In this document: piece by piece, positions 1 through 7,086 of the stretch
Numbering within the stretch: the stretch's first letter is position 1
Layout of the letters: each line of letters opens with the position of its first letter
Source: a virus
Lineage: Duplodnaviria; Caudoviricetes
DNA: 64,000 nt
Virus record (IMG/VR): IMGVR_UViG_2636415425_000001
Span: 1 to 64,000 of that record
Strand: one strand, 5' to 3'
The notes under the pieces: model-generated
Told to the model about the DNA's origin: nothing
Seen by the model: the letters and a program-made list of their open reading frames with translations, nothing else
The model's database searches: none
Position numbers and translations under genes: made by a program

Positions 1-285
1 ATGAATAGGCGGTCCGTCCTCCAGCCACGCGAGGCCGCAGTCCTCTCCCGCCTCGCCGCCGACGGCTCCATGACGGCGATGGAGATTGGCCACGACTCCG
101 GCCTTTACCCGAACGGCAGGCCGGCCACCTGGGCCGAGCTCGGCCGCCTCCTCGTCCAGCCGCTGCTACGCGCCGGCGCCGTCACCAAGGCCGGCCGCAA
201 ACCCCTTCGCTTCGAAATCACGGAACGCGGCCGGATCGCGATCGCGCTCTTCAAGGCCATCGCCAACAGAAAGGCATCGACATGA
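1..285 (+). CDS. Small winged-HTH-like protein
   Basis: 94 aa ORF; helix pattern followed by FEITERG wing motif. Confidence 0.5.
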   Translation: MNRRSVLQPREAAVLSRLAADGSMTAMEIGHDSGLYPNGRPATWAELGRLLVQPLLRAGAVTKAGRKPLRFEITERGRIAIALFKAIANRKAST

Positions 286-310
286 CGACCTCACATGAAG
301 GGAGACTAGC

Positions 311-577
311 TTGACCCGCTCAGGTGTTCTTCTGGCTGGGCTGATCCTCGCCCATTCCTGGTACCCGCCCGAGTGCTGCAGCGACGGCGACTGCCGGGCG
401 GTTCCCTGCGAGCAGATCTCCACAGATCCGCGCGCGCCTGGCCAGATCGTCTATGGCGACCATGCCGCCGGCAAGGAGGAGATCCGCCAGAGTCCCGACG
501 GCCAGTGCCATGTGTGCGCGCGGCCGTCGTCCTGGAAAATGTTCTGTGTGTGGATGCCGAAGGATCTAACGTCATGA
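311..577 (+). CDS. Secreted Cys-rich hypothetical protein
   Basis: GGGAG RBS, TTG start, signal peptide, AHSWYPPECCSxxDC motif. Confidence 0.7.
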   Translation: MTRSGVLLAGLILAHSWYPPECCSDGDCRAVPCEQISTDPRAPGQIVYGDHAAGKEEIRQSPDGQCHVCARPSSWKMFCVWMPKDLTS

Positions 578-1905
578 CCAATACGACTGCCCCTACCCAC
601 CGACCCGTGTCCGACGAGCGCGCGTTCGAGCTCGCACGCCGCCTCAAGGATCATCTCACGGCCGAAGAGGCCGCCATCGCGATCATGGAGTACGCGACGG
701 ACGCCATCGAGCAGGAACGCGCCCATCGCAGGGCCGCATGGGCTGACGATGACGACAGGCCGCTGCCGACCTATGGCCAGATCCCGTGGAAACAACTCGG
801 CCGCGACGTCGTGGACGCGATGTACGCCAAGCGCAGAGACTATGAATTTGACGAGACCTATTACCCTGGCCACCAGATGGTGCCCCAGATCAACTTCAAT
901 TCCCTCGCCCGCATCGTCGACAAATATCGCTACTACGGACAACCGCCCGCTTCGCGGCTGGAAGGAGGCCGCTACGAGTTCCCATACTCAAGGACGTTCC
1001 AGGCGATCGCCGCAGCGACGTCGTTGTATGCCGGTGGCATCGGCATCAACGTGTCGGTGGAGAAGTTTCAGGCGGCATTCAACAATCATCCCGGAGGAAA
1101 GCCCCTTCCGCACGAACAGGGCTCAGAGCCAAGCTGCCCGTTCTGCGGCCGCGATCCATTCCACCGTGTGGACAACGGCGTTGCCATGGAAGCCGTCGCT
1201 GTGACCTGCTGCGAGCTTGGCGACGCCTATTTCCGCGGCGCGCGCCCTCCGCTCGAGGAAGTCACCCTGGGTTGGGAAGAGTTCGTTCAGATCGGCCAGC
1301 GGCTATCCTCGCGACCGGAGACGCAGGGCGGCGACGTCGAGGTCGACGTTGACCGCCTTCGCAAAGCCATGACCGAGGCCTGCGACCTGCTGGCTGAGCG
1401 GACCCCCGGTAGCCCGGCCCGATCGCCGGGACACAACGCGCGTCTGCTTCTGGAGCGGGCGCTGAAGACCATCCCCGCGCCGGCCGCAGAACAGACGCCT
1501 GCGGCGCGTTGGCGCGAGGACGGCGAGCCCGATCCGCACGGCGACCGATACGACTGCGAGCGAGCACAGCTGGCCGGCGGCGACATGACCGATGACGAGG
1601 TGGCCAACGCGGTCTTCCTCAATTCAAGCATTCACAATCTGACAGTCGCTAAGGACCGGATCCGCTGGCTGTCCCGCCGGCTCGAGTCCGCGGGCAGGAA
1701 CGCTCCTATCATGGCTGCGCTGGCGAGGCGGCTTTGCCAGCTCTTCGACAGCGGCGGAGAGAGCCAGCGAACCGCCCGAGCGCGCCACGCGTCAGTTCTG
1801 TTCCGCATGCTCGATCAAGACGAGCCGCGCTATCGGGACGAACAGCGCAAATGCGACGCGGACCCGGTTGGCTATCTCGAGGCAGCCGAGCGCAGGGACC
1901 GTTGA
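574..1905 (+). CDS. Mosaic phage hypothetical protein (CPFC motif)
   Basis: Long ORF, ATGA overlap with upstream gene. Confidence 0.65.
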   Translation: MTNTTAPTHRPVSDERAFELARRLKDHLTAEEAAIAIMEYATDAIEQERAHRRAAWADDDDRPLPTYGQIPWKQLGRDVVDAMYAKRRDYEFDETYYPGHQMVPQINFNSLARIVDKYRYYGQPPASRLEGGRYEFPYSRTFQAIAAATSLYAGGIGINVSVEKFQAAFNNHPGGKPLPHEQGSEPSCPFCGRDPFHRVDNGVAMEAVAVTCCELGDAYFRGARPPLEEVTLGWEEFVQIGQRLSSRPETQGGDVEVDVDRLRKAMTEACDLLAERTPGSPARSPGHNARLLLERALKTIPAPAAEQTPAARWREDGEPDPHGDRYDCERAQLAGGDMTDDEVANAVFLNSSIHNLTVAKDRIRWLSRRLESAGRNAPIMAALARRLCQLFDSGGESQRTARARHASVLFRMLDQDEPRYRDEQRKCDADPVGYLEAAERRDR

Positions 1906-2150
1906 TGAACTTCGCGCCGGTCAGCACCCTCGCCGATCTTGAGACGCTCGAGCACGAGCAGATCCGCGAGGGCTATAGATCGGCCGAGCGCGGAGATCCC
2001 GAACCGGGACCGAACCGCGGCCGCGCCTTTTGGCATGGATGGAGAAACGCGATGATAGATCTGGGGGAGTTGCCCGGCGACGATGCGTCCAGGTCTTTGG
2101 CCCGCGAATATGCGGCCGCTCAGCGGCAGCGGGCGACGGAGGGGAAATGA
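1905..2150 (+). CDS. Rmf-like small protein
   Basis: EGYxxAxxG...FWHGWRNAMID resembles the ribosome modulation factor GY...WxxGWR pattern; coupled start/stop. Confidence 0.5.
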   Translation: MNFAPVSTLADLETLEHEQIREGYRSAERGDPEPGPNRGRAFWHGWRNAMIDLGELPGDDASRSLAREYAAAQRQRATEGK

Positions 2151-2680
2151 ACTTGATCGAAAAAGCCCGCGAATTCGCGCGGGAGAAACACGCACCACAA
2201 AAACGGAACTACACCGGCGAACCGTATTTCGTTCACCTCGAGGAAGTCGCCGGCATCGTGGAGCGCGCTGGACTGTCCGAGACGGCGATCGCCGCGGCAT
2301 GGTTGCACGATGTCGTCGAGGACACCGATGTCACCCTGCCCGAAGTCTGCGCCAAATTTGGCTCCGGCGTCGCGTTGATGGTGTTCGACCTCACCAACAC
2401 TCCGCCCATGGCGGGCATGAACAGCGAGCGCCGGAAGCGGGCTGACCGTCTCCGACTCGAGCTCGCCGGCCCTGAGACCCAGGGCATCAAGTGCGCGGAC
2501 TTCATCAGCAACACCTCGACGATCGTGAAGCACAATCCGGGCTTCGCGAAGAAGTATTTGCCGGAGAAGAGAGCCACGCTCGAGATCCTGACGAAGGCGC
2601 CGGCGCCGCTGCTCGACCAGGCGTGGCAATCGCTGATCGAGGCCGAGCGGCAGTTGGAGGCGACAAATGCCGCACGATGA
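2147..2680 (+). CDS. HD-domain small alarmone hydrolase (RelA/SpoT hydrolase, Mesh1-like)
   Basis: HxxQKR, GEPYFVH, LHDVVEDT and IKxADxISN motifs. Confidence 0.85.
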   Translation: MNLIEKAREFAREKHAPQKRNYTGEPYFVHLEEVAGIVERAGLSETAIAAAWLHDVVEDTDVTLPEVCAKFGSGVALMVFDLTNTPPMAGMNSERRKRADRLRLELAGPETQGIKCADFISNTSTIVKHNPGFAKKYLPEKRATLEILTKAPAPLLDQAWQSLIEAERQLEATNAAR

Positions 2681-3005
2681 GGATTACGATTACGGCTATG
2701 ACGACGACTACGATTCCGAGCGCGACTGTGAGCATGAGCACTACGAGATCGACGTCTGCACCGGTCGGGCACAGTGCGATTATTGCTCGAAGTCCTGGCA
2801 TCTGTCGGCGGAAGAGATTGATGCCGAACTGGATCGCCAAGCCAGCTATCAAGAGGAATGCGAACGCGAAGAACGTCGCCGGCGCAGACGAGAGTTCTGG
2901 CGGAAGCTGACACTGCCGGTCCGATGGCGGGTCTTCCGGCTGCTTGAGCGGATCTGGCCGCGCAAATCCCTGTCCGTGCTGACCGATGACGAGATTCCTT
3001 TTTGA
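2667..3005 (+). CDS. Hypothetical protein (acidic N-terminus, CxxC, DDEIPF SSB-like C-tail)
   Basis: ORF with GGAGG RBS. Confidence 0.65.
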   Translation: MPHDEDYDYGYDDDYDSERDCEHEHYEIDVCTGRAQCDYCSKSWHLSAEEIDAELDRQASYQEECEREERRRRRREFWRKLTLPVRWRVFRLLERIWPRKSLSVLTDDEIPF

Positions 3006-3017
3006 CAGGCAGCAACC

Positions 3018-3308
3018 ATGACCAACCCGCAGCAGATGATCACCATGGACGAGCTCGAGGCCGGCAAGATCGAGCAGATGTGGCTGGAGGCGGTCGTCGA
3101 AAAACTCGGCCTCAAGGGAAAGCCCGGGTCGGAGATCACTCAGGAGCGCGTGAAGGACACCAACGTCACCACGCTCTGGCACAAGAACCAGCCGATCGCG
3201 ATCGCTGTCCGGCAGCGGAACGACTGGAATTGGACCGCGCTGACGATGGTGGAGATCCAGCCGATGAAGGCCGAATTGGCAGGAGCGGTAGGAATCGAAC
3301 CCACGTAA
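3018..3308 (+). CDS. Hypothetical protein
   Basis: 96 aa ORF; 3' end overlaps antisense tRNA-Trp. Confidence 0.6.
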   Translation: MTNPQQMITMDELEAGKIEQMWLEAVVEKLGLKGKPGSEITQERVKDTNVTTLWHKNQPIAIAVRQRNDWNWTALTMVEIQPMKAELAGAVGIEPT

Positions 3309-3350
3309 CCGGTGTTGGAAGCCGGTGCCTTACCACTAGACGACACTCCC
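3277..3350 (-). tRNA. tRNA-Trp(CCA)
   Basis: Cloverleaf, loop TTCCAAC, C31.A39 mismatch, encoded CCA. Confidence 0.9.
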
Positions 3351-3752
3351 ATGGAGAACTTGATGACCGCCGACGAGACCTTCGATGCACTGGAAAAGCA
3401 CTTCGGCACCACCGTTCATGGCTGGCCTTGCATCCCGCGGACTCGCGCCAGGTGGTGGCAGTTCCGGGCGCGTCGCGAAGACAAGCTGGTCGATAGCGCC
3501 CTCGCCGCGATCGGCCGCGGTCCCTTCACGCCGGAGATGAGCCGCGTGTTCTGGGAGCAGGTCCGGTACGGCCAGGACATCTGCGAGGACGCCGGCGGAT
3601 ACGACTGGCGCTGCTGGTGCGCGGCACTCGGCCTGCCGTTCCGGCGACCGACCTTCACGTACAGCGGCTACGTCGCGCCCGGAGAGGATCCAAAGATCGG
3701 CGCCGCATATCGAGACGTCTTCACGGCACTCGGTGCCGGCGAAGGTATTTGA
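3351..3752 (+). CDS. Hypothetical protein
   Basis: ORF filling the gap between tRNA-Trp and tRNA-His; start uncertain. Confidence 0.55.
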   Translation: MENLMTADETFDALEKHFGTTVHGWPCIPRTRARWWQFRARREDKLVDSALAAIGRGPFTPEMSRVFWEQVRYGQDICEDAGGYDWRCWCAALGLPFRRPTFTYSGYVAPGEDPKIGAAYRDVFTALGAGEGI

Positions 3753-3827
3753 TGGTCCTGACTGGGTGAATCGAACACCGCGTCTCCCGGTCCACGGCCG
3801 AGCGTCCTACCATTGAACGAAGTCAGG
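3753..3827 (-). tRNA. tRNA-His(GTG)
   Basis: Loop CCGTGGA (C33), A73 and no G-1 (alphaproteobacterial type), CCA. Confidence 0.85.
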
Positions 3828-3837
3828 AGAATTGAAG

Positions 3838-4029
3838 ATGGCAACAGACGAACAGAAGACCGCATCCAAGCACGTCATGGATGCTGTGACGGCGCTCAAC
3901 AACGCGCTAACCGATGCCGGCGCGCTGGGCATCTTCGTCGAGCTCAGACAGTACGGCACAATCGGCGGGCGGAACGGCGGCTATCTCGTCGAGAAGATCG
4001 AGATTCGGGAAACGGTGCTACCGGCATGA
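3838..4029 (+). CDS. Hypothetical protein
   Basis: AGGAG RBS inside the antisense tRNA 5' end; ATGA overlap with next ORF. Confidence 0.6.
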   Translation: MATDEQKTASKHVMDAVTALNNALTDAGALGIFVELRQYGTIGGRNGGYLVEKIEIRETVLPA

Positions 4030-4361
4030 GATATCCCGTTCGCTGCTGCTGCGAGCCGACGAAGCTCTACGGTCACATCGAACTACCCGGTCCAGCCCGC
4101 CGCTCCGGCGACGCGTTCGTGGTAGAGCGCGCCGAACGCCTGCCGCGGCCGCGGTCCATACGCGAAATCCTCGACGGTCAGCCCAGCATGATGCCGGGCC
4201 TCCGCAGGCATCGCATGGAGTTGAAGCGCGTCGTCGGCCCCGGCCTGGATGAAATCGCGGTCTTTTCTGACGACAGGCCGATTGAGTTCTGGCGCAACAT
4301 CGTCGGGTTTGAAGAATTGGTCCCGGCGGACAGATTCGAACTGCCGACCAACGCCGTATGA
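4026..4361 (+). CDS. Hypothetical protein (VRCCCEP motif)
   Basis: ATGA-coupled ORF; 3' end overlaps tRNA-Met. Confidence 0.6.
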   Translation: MRYPVRCCCEPTKLYGHIELPGPARRSGDAFVVERAERLPRPRSIREILDGQPSMMPGLRRHRMELKRVVGPGLDEIAVFSDDRPIEFWRNIVGFEELVPADRFELPTNAV

Positions 4362-4392
4362 AAGCGCTGCACTACCGCCGTGCTACACCGGG
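4318..4392 (-). tRNA. tRNA-Met(CAT), probably elongator
   Basis: Loop TTCATAC; cloverleaf; CCA. Confidence 0.8.
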
Positions 4393-4399
4393 ATGAGAA

Positions 4400-4476
4400 T
4401 GGCAGGCGCGGCAGGAGTCGAACCTGCGGATGTCGGAATCAAAATCCGGTGCCTTAACCAGCTTGGCTACGCGCCC
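4400..4476 (-). tRNA. tRNA-Gln(TTG)
   Basis: Loop TTTTGAT; CCA. Confidence 0.9.
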
Positions 4477-4481
4477 ATGGG

Positions 4482-4558
4482 TGGTCCTGCCAACGGGAGT
4501 CGAACCCGCGAAGTCCGGCTTTGAAAGAGCCGTACCCTTTCCACCAGGCGATGGCAGG
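4482..4558 (-). tRNA. tRNA-Glu(TTC)
   Basis: Loop CTTTCAA; CCA. Confidence 0.9.
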
Positions 4559-4642
4559 CCATTTGCCGCCCACATCCTGCGCGAGTAGGATGGCAGTTGC
4601 CGGAACGCTGTTACCGCGGCGCCCGGCGCTTGAGTGGAGGGC

Positions 4643-4674
4643 CCCCGAGGAGATCACTCTCTCCTCGGGGTTTT
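4643..4674 (+). terminator. Intrinsic terminator ending the + strand operon
   Basis: 11-bp stem CCCCGAGGAGA/TCTCCTCGGGG followed by TTTT. Confidence 0.65.
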
Positions 4675-4685
4675 CGTCTCAGAAT

Positions 4686-4761
4686 TGGTGCGGGCGGTCG
4701 GGATCGAACCGAACACCTCCTGTTTGGAAGACAGGCACGCAGCCCACTACGCCACGCCCGC
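4686..4761 (-). tRNA. tRNA-Gly(TCC)
   Basis: Loop CTTCCAA; A73 discriminator; CCA. Confidence 0.9.
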
Positions 4762-4769
4762 GTTGAAAT

Positions 4770-4856
4770 TGGCGGAGAGCCGAGATCCCGCCTCCCATGG
4801 CCGTAGCCACCAACCGGTTAGCAACCGGCGCCGGGCACTCGCCCGATTGACTCTCC
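4770..4856 (-). tRNA. Atypical tRNA-Ser(GCT)
   Basis: GGAGAGT acceptor, G73, long variable arm, loop TTGCTAA; T-loop GGCGGGA; 6-bp D stem. Confidence 0.8.
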
Positions 4857-4860
4857 AAGA

Positions 4861-4937
4861 TGGCGATCGCCGCCGGACTCGAACCGGCAACCTCCGGGAT
4901 AGGAGCCGGGTGCTCTGTCCTGTTGAGCTAGGCGACC
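4861..4937 (-). tRNA. tRNA-Arg(CCT)
   Basis: Loop CTCCTAT, A20, G73; one anticodon-stem mismatch. Confidence 0.85.
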
Positions 4938-5026
4938 CTGGTGGACCAATTGCGCTGTTGATTTTCGTCAGAAATAGCAGTCATTTCGCTGCCCGGCGAT
5001 TTTGCCGAGATTGTTGGAGTCCGTTT

Positions 5027-5230
5027 ATGAAGGTTAAAATTAAGCGATTTGACGTGGAGATGGAGATCAAGAACAGCGGCATCGAGCTTGAAATCCGGTC
5101 ACCCGATGGCGAGAAGCAACTGGGTGATATGCAGGTTACCAAGACGGGTTTGGAATGGCATAACGGCAAAGCGTCGAGCGGCCCCAAGAAGACATGGCAG
5201 CAAGTGATCGCGTGGATGAATGACGAATGA
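5027..5230 (+). CDS. Small hypothetical protein, antisense within tRNA array
   Basis: GGAG RBS, 67 aa, lower GC, followed by hairpin at 5233-5269. Confidence 0.7.
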   Translation: MKVKIKRFDVEMEIKNSGIELEIRSPDGEKQLGDMQVTKTGLEWHNGKASSGPKKTWQQVIAWMNDE

Positions 5231-5274
5231 TTGACGAGAGGCGGCGGTTTTCCCAACCGTCGCCTCGTCGGCAT

Positions 5275-5350
5275 TGGCGCGCTCGGCAGGACTCGAACCC
5301 GCATGCGGCGGAGTAGAAATCCGCTGGCCGTCCAGTTGGCCCACGAGCGC
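5275..5350 (-). tRNA. tRNA-Arg(TCT)
   Basis: Loop TTTCTAC; CCA. Confidence 0.9.
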
Positions 5351-5389
5351 TCTGCAAAAGATCTGAAAATTAATCCTCCGTTTTGGCGT

Positions 5390-5464
5390 TGGAGTTCCAG
5401 GGCGGACTCGAACCGCCGTGCACGGTTTTGCAGACCGGCCGATAACCCCTCTCGGCACTGGAAC
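5390..5464 (-). tRNA. tRNA-Cys(GCA)
   Basis: Loop CTGCAAA; U73; CCA. Confidence 0.9.
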
Positions 5465-5468
5465 GAAT

Positions 5469-5546
5469 TGGCAGGGGATGACGGATTCGAACCGCCGATA
5501 CCGCGTTCAGAGCGCGGCGCTTTAGGCCAGGCTAAGCTAATCCCCG
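5469..5546 (-). tRNA. tRNA-Gln(CTG)
   Basis: Loop CTCTGAA; CCA. Confidence 0.9.
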
Positions 5547-5554
5547 TCAACCTA

Positions 5555-5630
5555 TGGTCAAGGCGGTCGGACTCGAACCGACGACATCCGGTACCCAAAA
5601 CCGGCGGGTTAGCCGCTACCCTACGCCCTG
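5555..5630 (-). tRNA. tRNA-Pro(TGG)
   Basis: Loop TTTGGGT; C1-G72, A73; CCA. Confidence 0.9.
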
Positions 5631-5636
5631 ATGATT

Positions 5637-5715
5637 TGGTGCCCACGGCAGGAGTTGAACCTGCATGCTCCAGTTACGGTTCTTGTGCTTCGTAGGCACA
5701 GCCGGTTACGTGGGC
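5637..5715 (-). tRNA. Atypical D-armless tRNA-Arg(ACG)
   Basis: Perfect acceptor, anticodon (CTACGAA) and T arms; only 8 nt where the D arm should be; 19-nt variable region. Confidence 0.75.
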
Positions 5716-5719
5716 GAAC

Positions 5720-5794
5720 TGGTGCAGCCAACAGGACTCGAACCCGTGTCGACCGGTTGAGAACCGGGCATCCTGGCCACTAGACGATGACTGC
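5720..5794 (-). tRNA. tRNA-Glu(CTC)
   Basis: Loop TTCTCAA; CCA. Confidence 0.9.
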
Positions 5795-5800
5795 GTGAAT

Positions 5801-5843
5801 TGGCTCCCCGACCAGGACTCGAACCTGGATGGACCCGGATTAA
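5801..5843 (-). pseudogene. Orphan 3' half of a tRNA-Asn-like gene
   Basis: TTAA-TCCGG...GGTTCGAGTCC...GGGGAGCCA; 5' half replaced by the HNH ORF end. Confidence 0.75.
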
Positions 5844-6235
5844 GCCGCGATCGGCTCTGCCGGCATCACTCTCGGATTCGACCCCTTCGGGATCGGAAGG
5901 CCGCGCGCGATATACGGGTCGACCCAGAATTTGGCCTCATCGAAGCTGCTTTGGGATGGGCAATCACGCAAACCAGCGTGCACTTCGCGGTGACAGTTGG
6001 CACAGAGCAAGATGCATTTCTTCAACTCGGCGACCAACACCTGCAACGAGCGGGGTGCGGCCCTGAACTGGCTGAACGAGAATTCCTTCTTGCTGGGATC
6101 AAGGTGGTGAATTTCCAGCGCTTCCTGGCAACGGTCGTAGCCGCACGTTTGGCATTTTCCACCCAAGGAGTCGCGCATTCGCATGGCTGTCCGGATGCGG
6201 TAGCGCTTCACCTTTTCCGTATTTGGCGCACCCAT
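5840..6235 (-). CDS. HNH endonuclease (free-standing homing type)
   Basis: CxxC...EIHH...CILLCANCHREVH. Confidence 0.9.
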   Translation of the reverse strand: MGAPNTEKVKRYRIRTAMRMRDSLGGKCQTCGYDRCQEALEIHHLDPSKKEFSFSQFRAAPRSLQVLVAELKKCILLCANCHREVHAGLRDCPSQSSFDEAKFWVDPYIARGLPIPKGSNPRVMPAEPIAA

Positions 6236-6241
6236 TTTCTT

Positions 6242-6325
6242 TGGCTCCCAAGGCACGACTCGAACGTGCAAGTCCTTCGACGTCGGATTAACAATCCGGT
6301 GCGTTTACCATTCCGCCACTTGGGA
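6242..6325 (-). tRNA. tRNA-Asn(GTT) with long variable arm
   Basis: Loop TTGTTAA, G73, variable hairpin GTC-GAAG-GAC; CCA. Confidence 0.85.
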
Positions 6326-6474
6326 AAACTGGATTCGGAGAGGCCATCCACCGGCAAGTGGTTGGCCCGTAAGGGATCGGGAAATACCGTCGGAGTTATC
6401 CCTCGAGCGGCATTTTGGACGATGGACGGAACCGCACGCCCCGTGGTTGTATGCCGGCGCTGGGAGTACCATCC

Positions 6475-6810
6475 ATGGAATTGAAATTTGCGTGGCTCGC
6501 GCTGGCGCTGGCCCTGGCGGGCTGCGCCGGCAGCAGTAGCGCTGACCGAGTGTTGCAGGCCTACGGGAATGTTCGCGTCGACGCCGCCTCACCTGGCCTG
6601 CCCTACGATTACGTCGTCTCGATCAACAACGTGAAGGACATCGGGTACGATCCCGACAATCCCGAGACCCGGAACAGCACCGCGCTACGCTTCATGAGCG
6701 CCCAGTGTCCATCCGCGCGGGTTGTCGGCGAGACCGTCATGACCACCGGATCCTATCCGCTCGGCGGCGCCGCCCGCACCTATGCGGTGCAGGTGAAGTG
6801 CAAAGCATAG
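6475..6810 (+). CDS. Lipoprotein (moron; possible superinfection exclusion)
   Basis: Signal peptide with LAGC lipobox; GGGAG RBS. Confidence 0.8.
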   Translation: MELKFAWLALALALAGCAGSSSADRVLQAYGNVRVDAASPGLPYDYVVSINNVKDIGYDPDNPETRNSTALRFMSAQCPSARVVGETVMTTGSYPLGGAARTYAVQVKCKA

Positions 6811-6882
6811 TGGTGGAGAGCGTCGGTACCGCCCCGACCGAGCCGATGGTGCAAACATCAGCTGCGCCCTTGCGCGCTCCCC
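6811..6882 (-). tRNA. Atypical tRNA-Ala(TGC)
   Basis: G3.U70, A73, loop TTTGCAC; T-loop GGCGGTA; minimal D arm; CCA. Confidence 0.8.
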
Positions 6883-7086
6883 AATTTTACAACGATGTCC
6901 GTGGTGCGGGGGCATCCCAGACGGCGAGCTACCCCCGGTGGACAGCGGGAGGATTCCGTATTTTGGAATCGAAAAGGCCTGTGAAACCTGGGTGTAAGTT
7001 TTTCGAGAACATCGCCGGGGTTGCAGAACCTGCTGGAACTTCCGTAAGGGATGAAGGGGGCGGAAAGCTGGACATAGGGGATTTCT

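Noticed and set aside
4861-4937. Amber or quadruplet suppressor reading of the Arg tRNA loop (CCTA)
   Set aside because: Canonical spacing gives a 7-nt loop with CCT plus A20/G73 Arg identity; TAG is used as a normal stop in this window
5801-6325. Group I intron with HNH inside tRNA-Asn
   Set aside because: The upstream tRNA is already complete, the ORF fills the whole interval leaving no room for a ribozyme core, and the two acceptor strands do not match
6883-6960. Mini tRNA-like hairpin ending CACCA upstream of tRNA-Ala
   Set aside because: No T or anticodon arm; could be a decayed tRNA or a chance GC hairpin, so too weak to call
6811-7080. Full or two-piece tmRNA gene
   Set aside because: The element closes as a 72-nt tRNA with an anticodon; no tag reading frame or second piece was found
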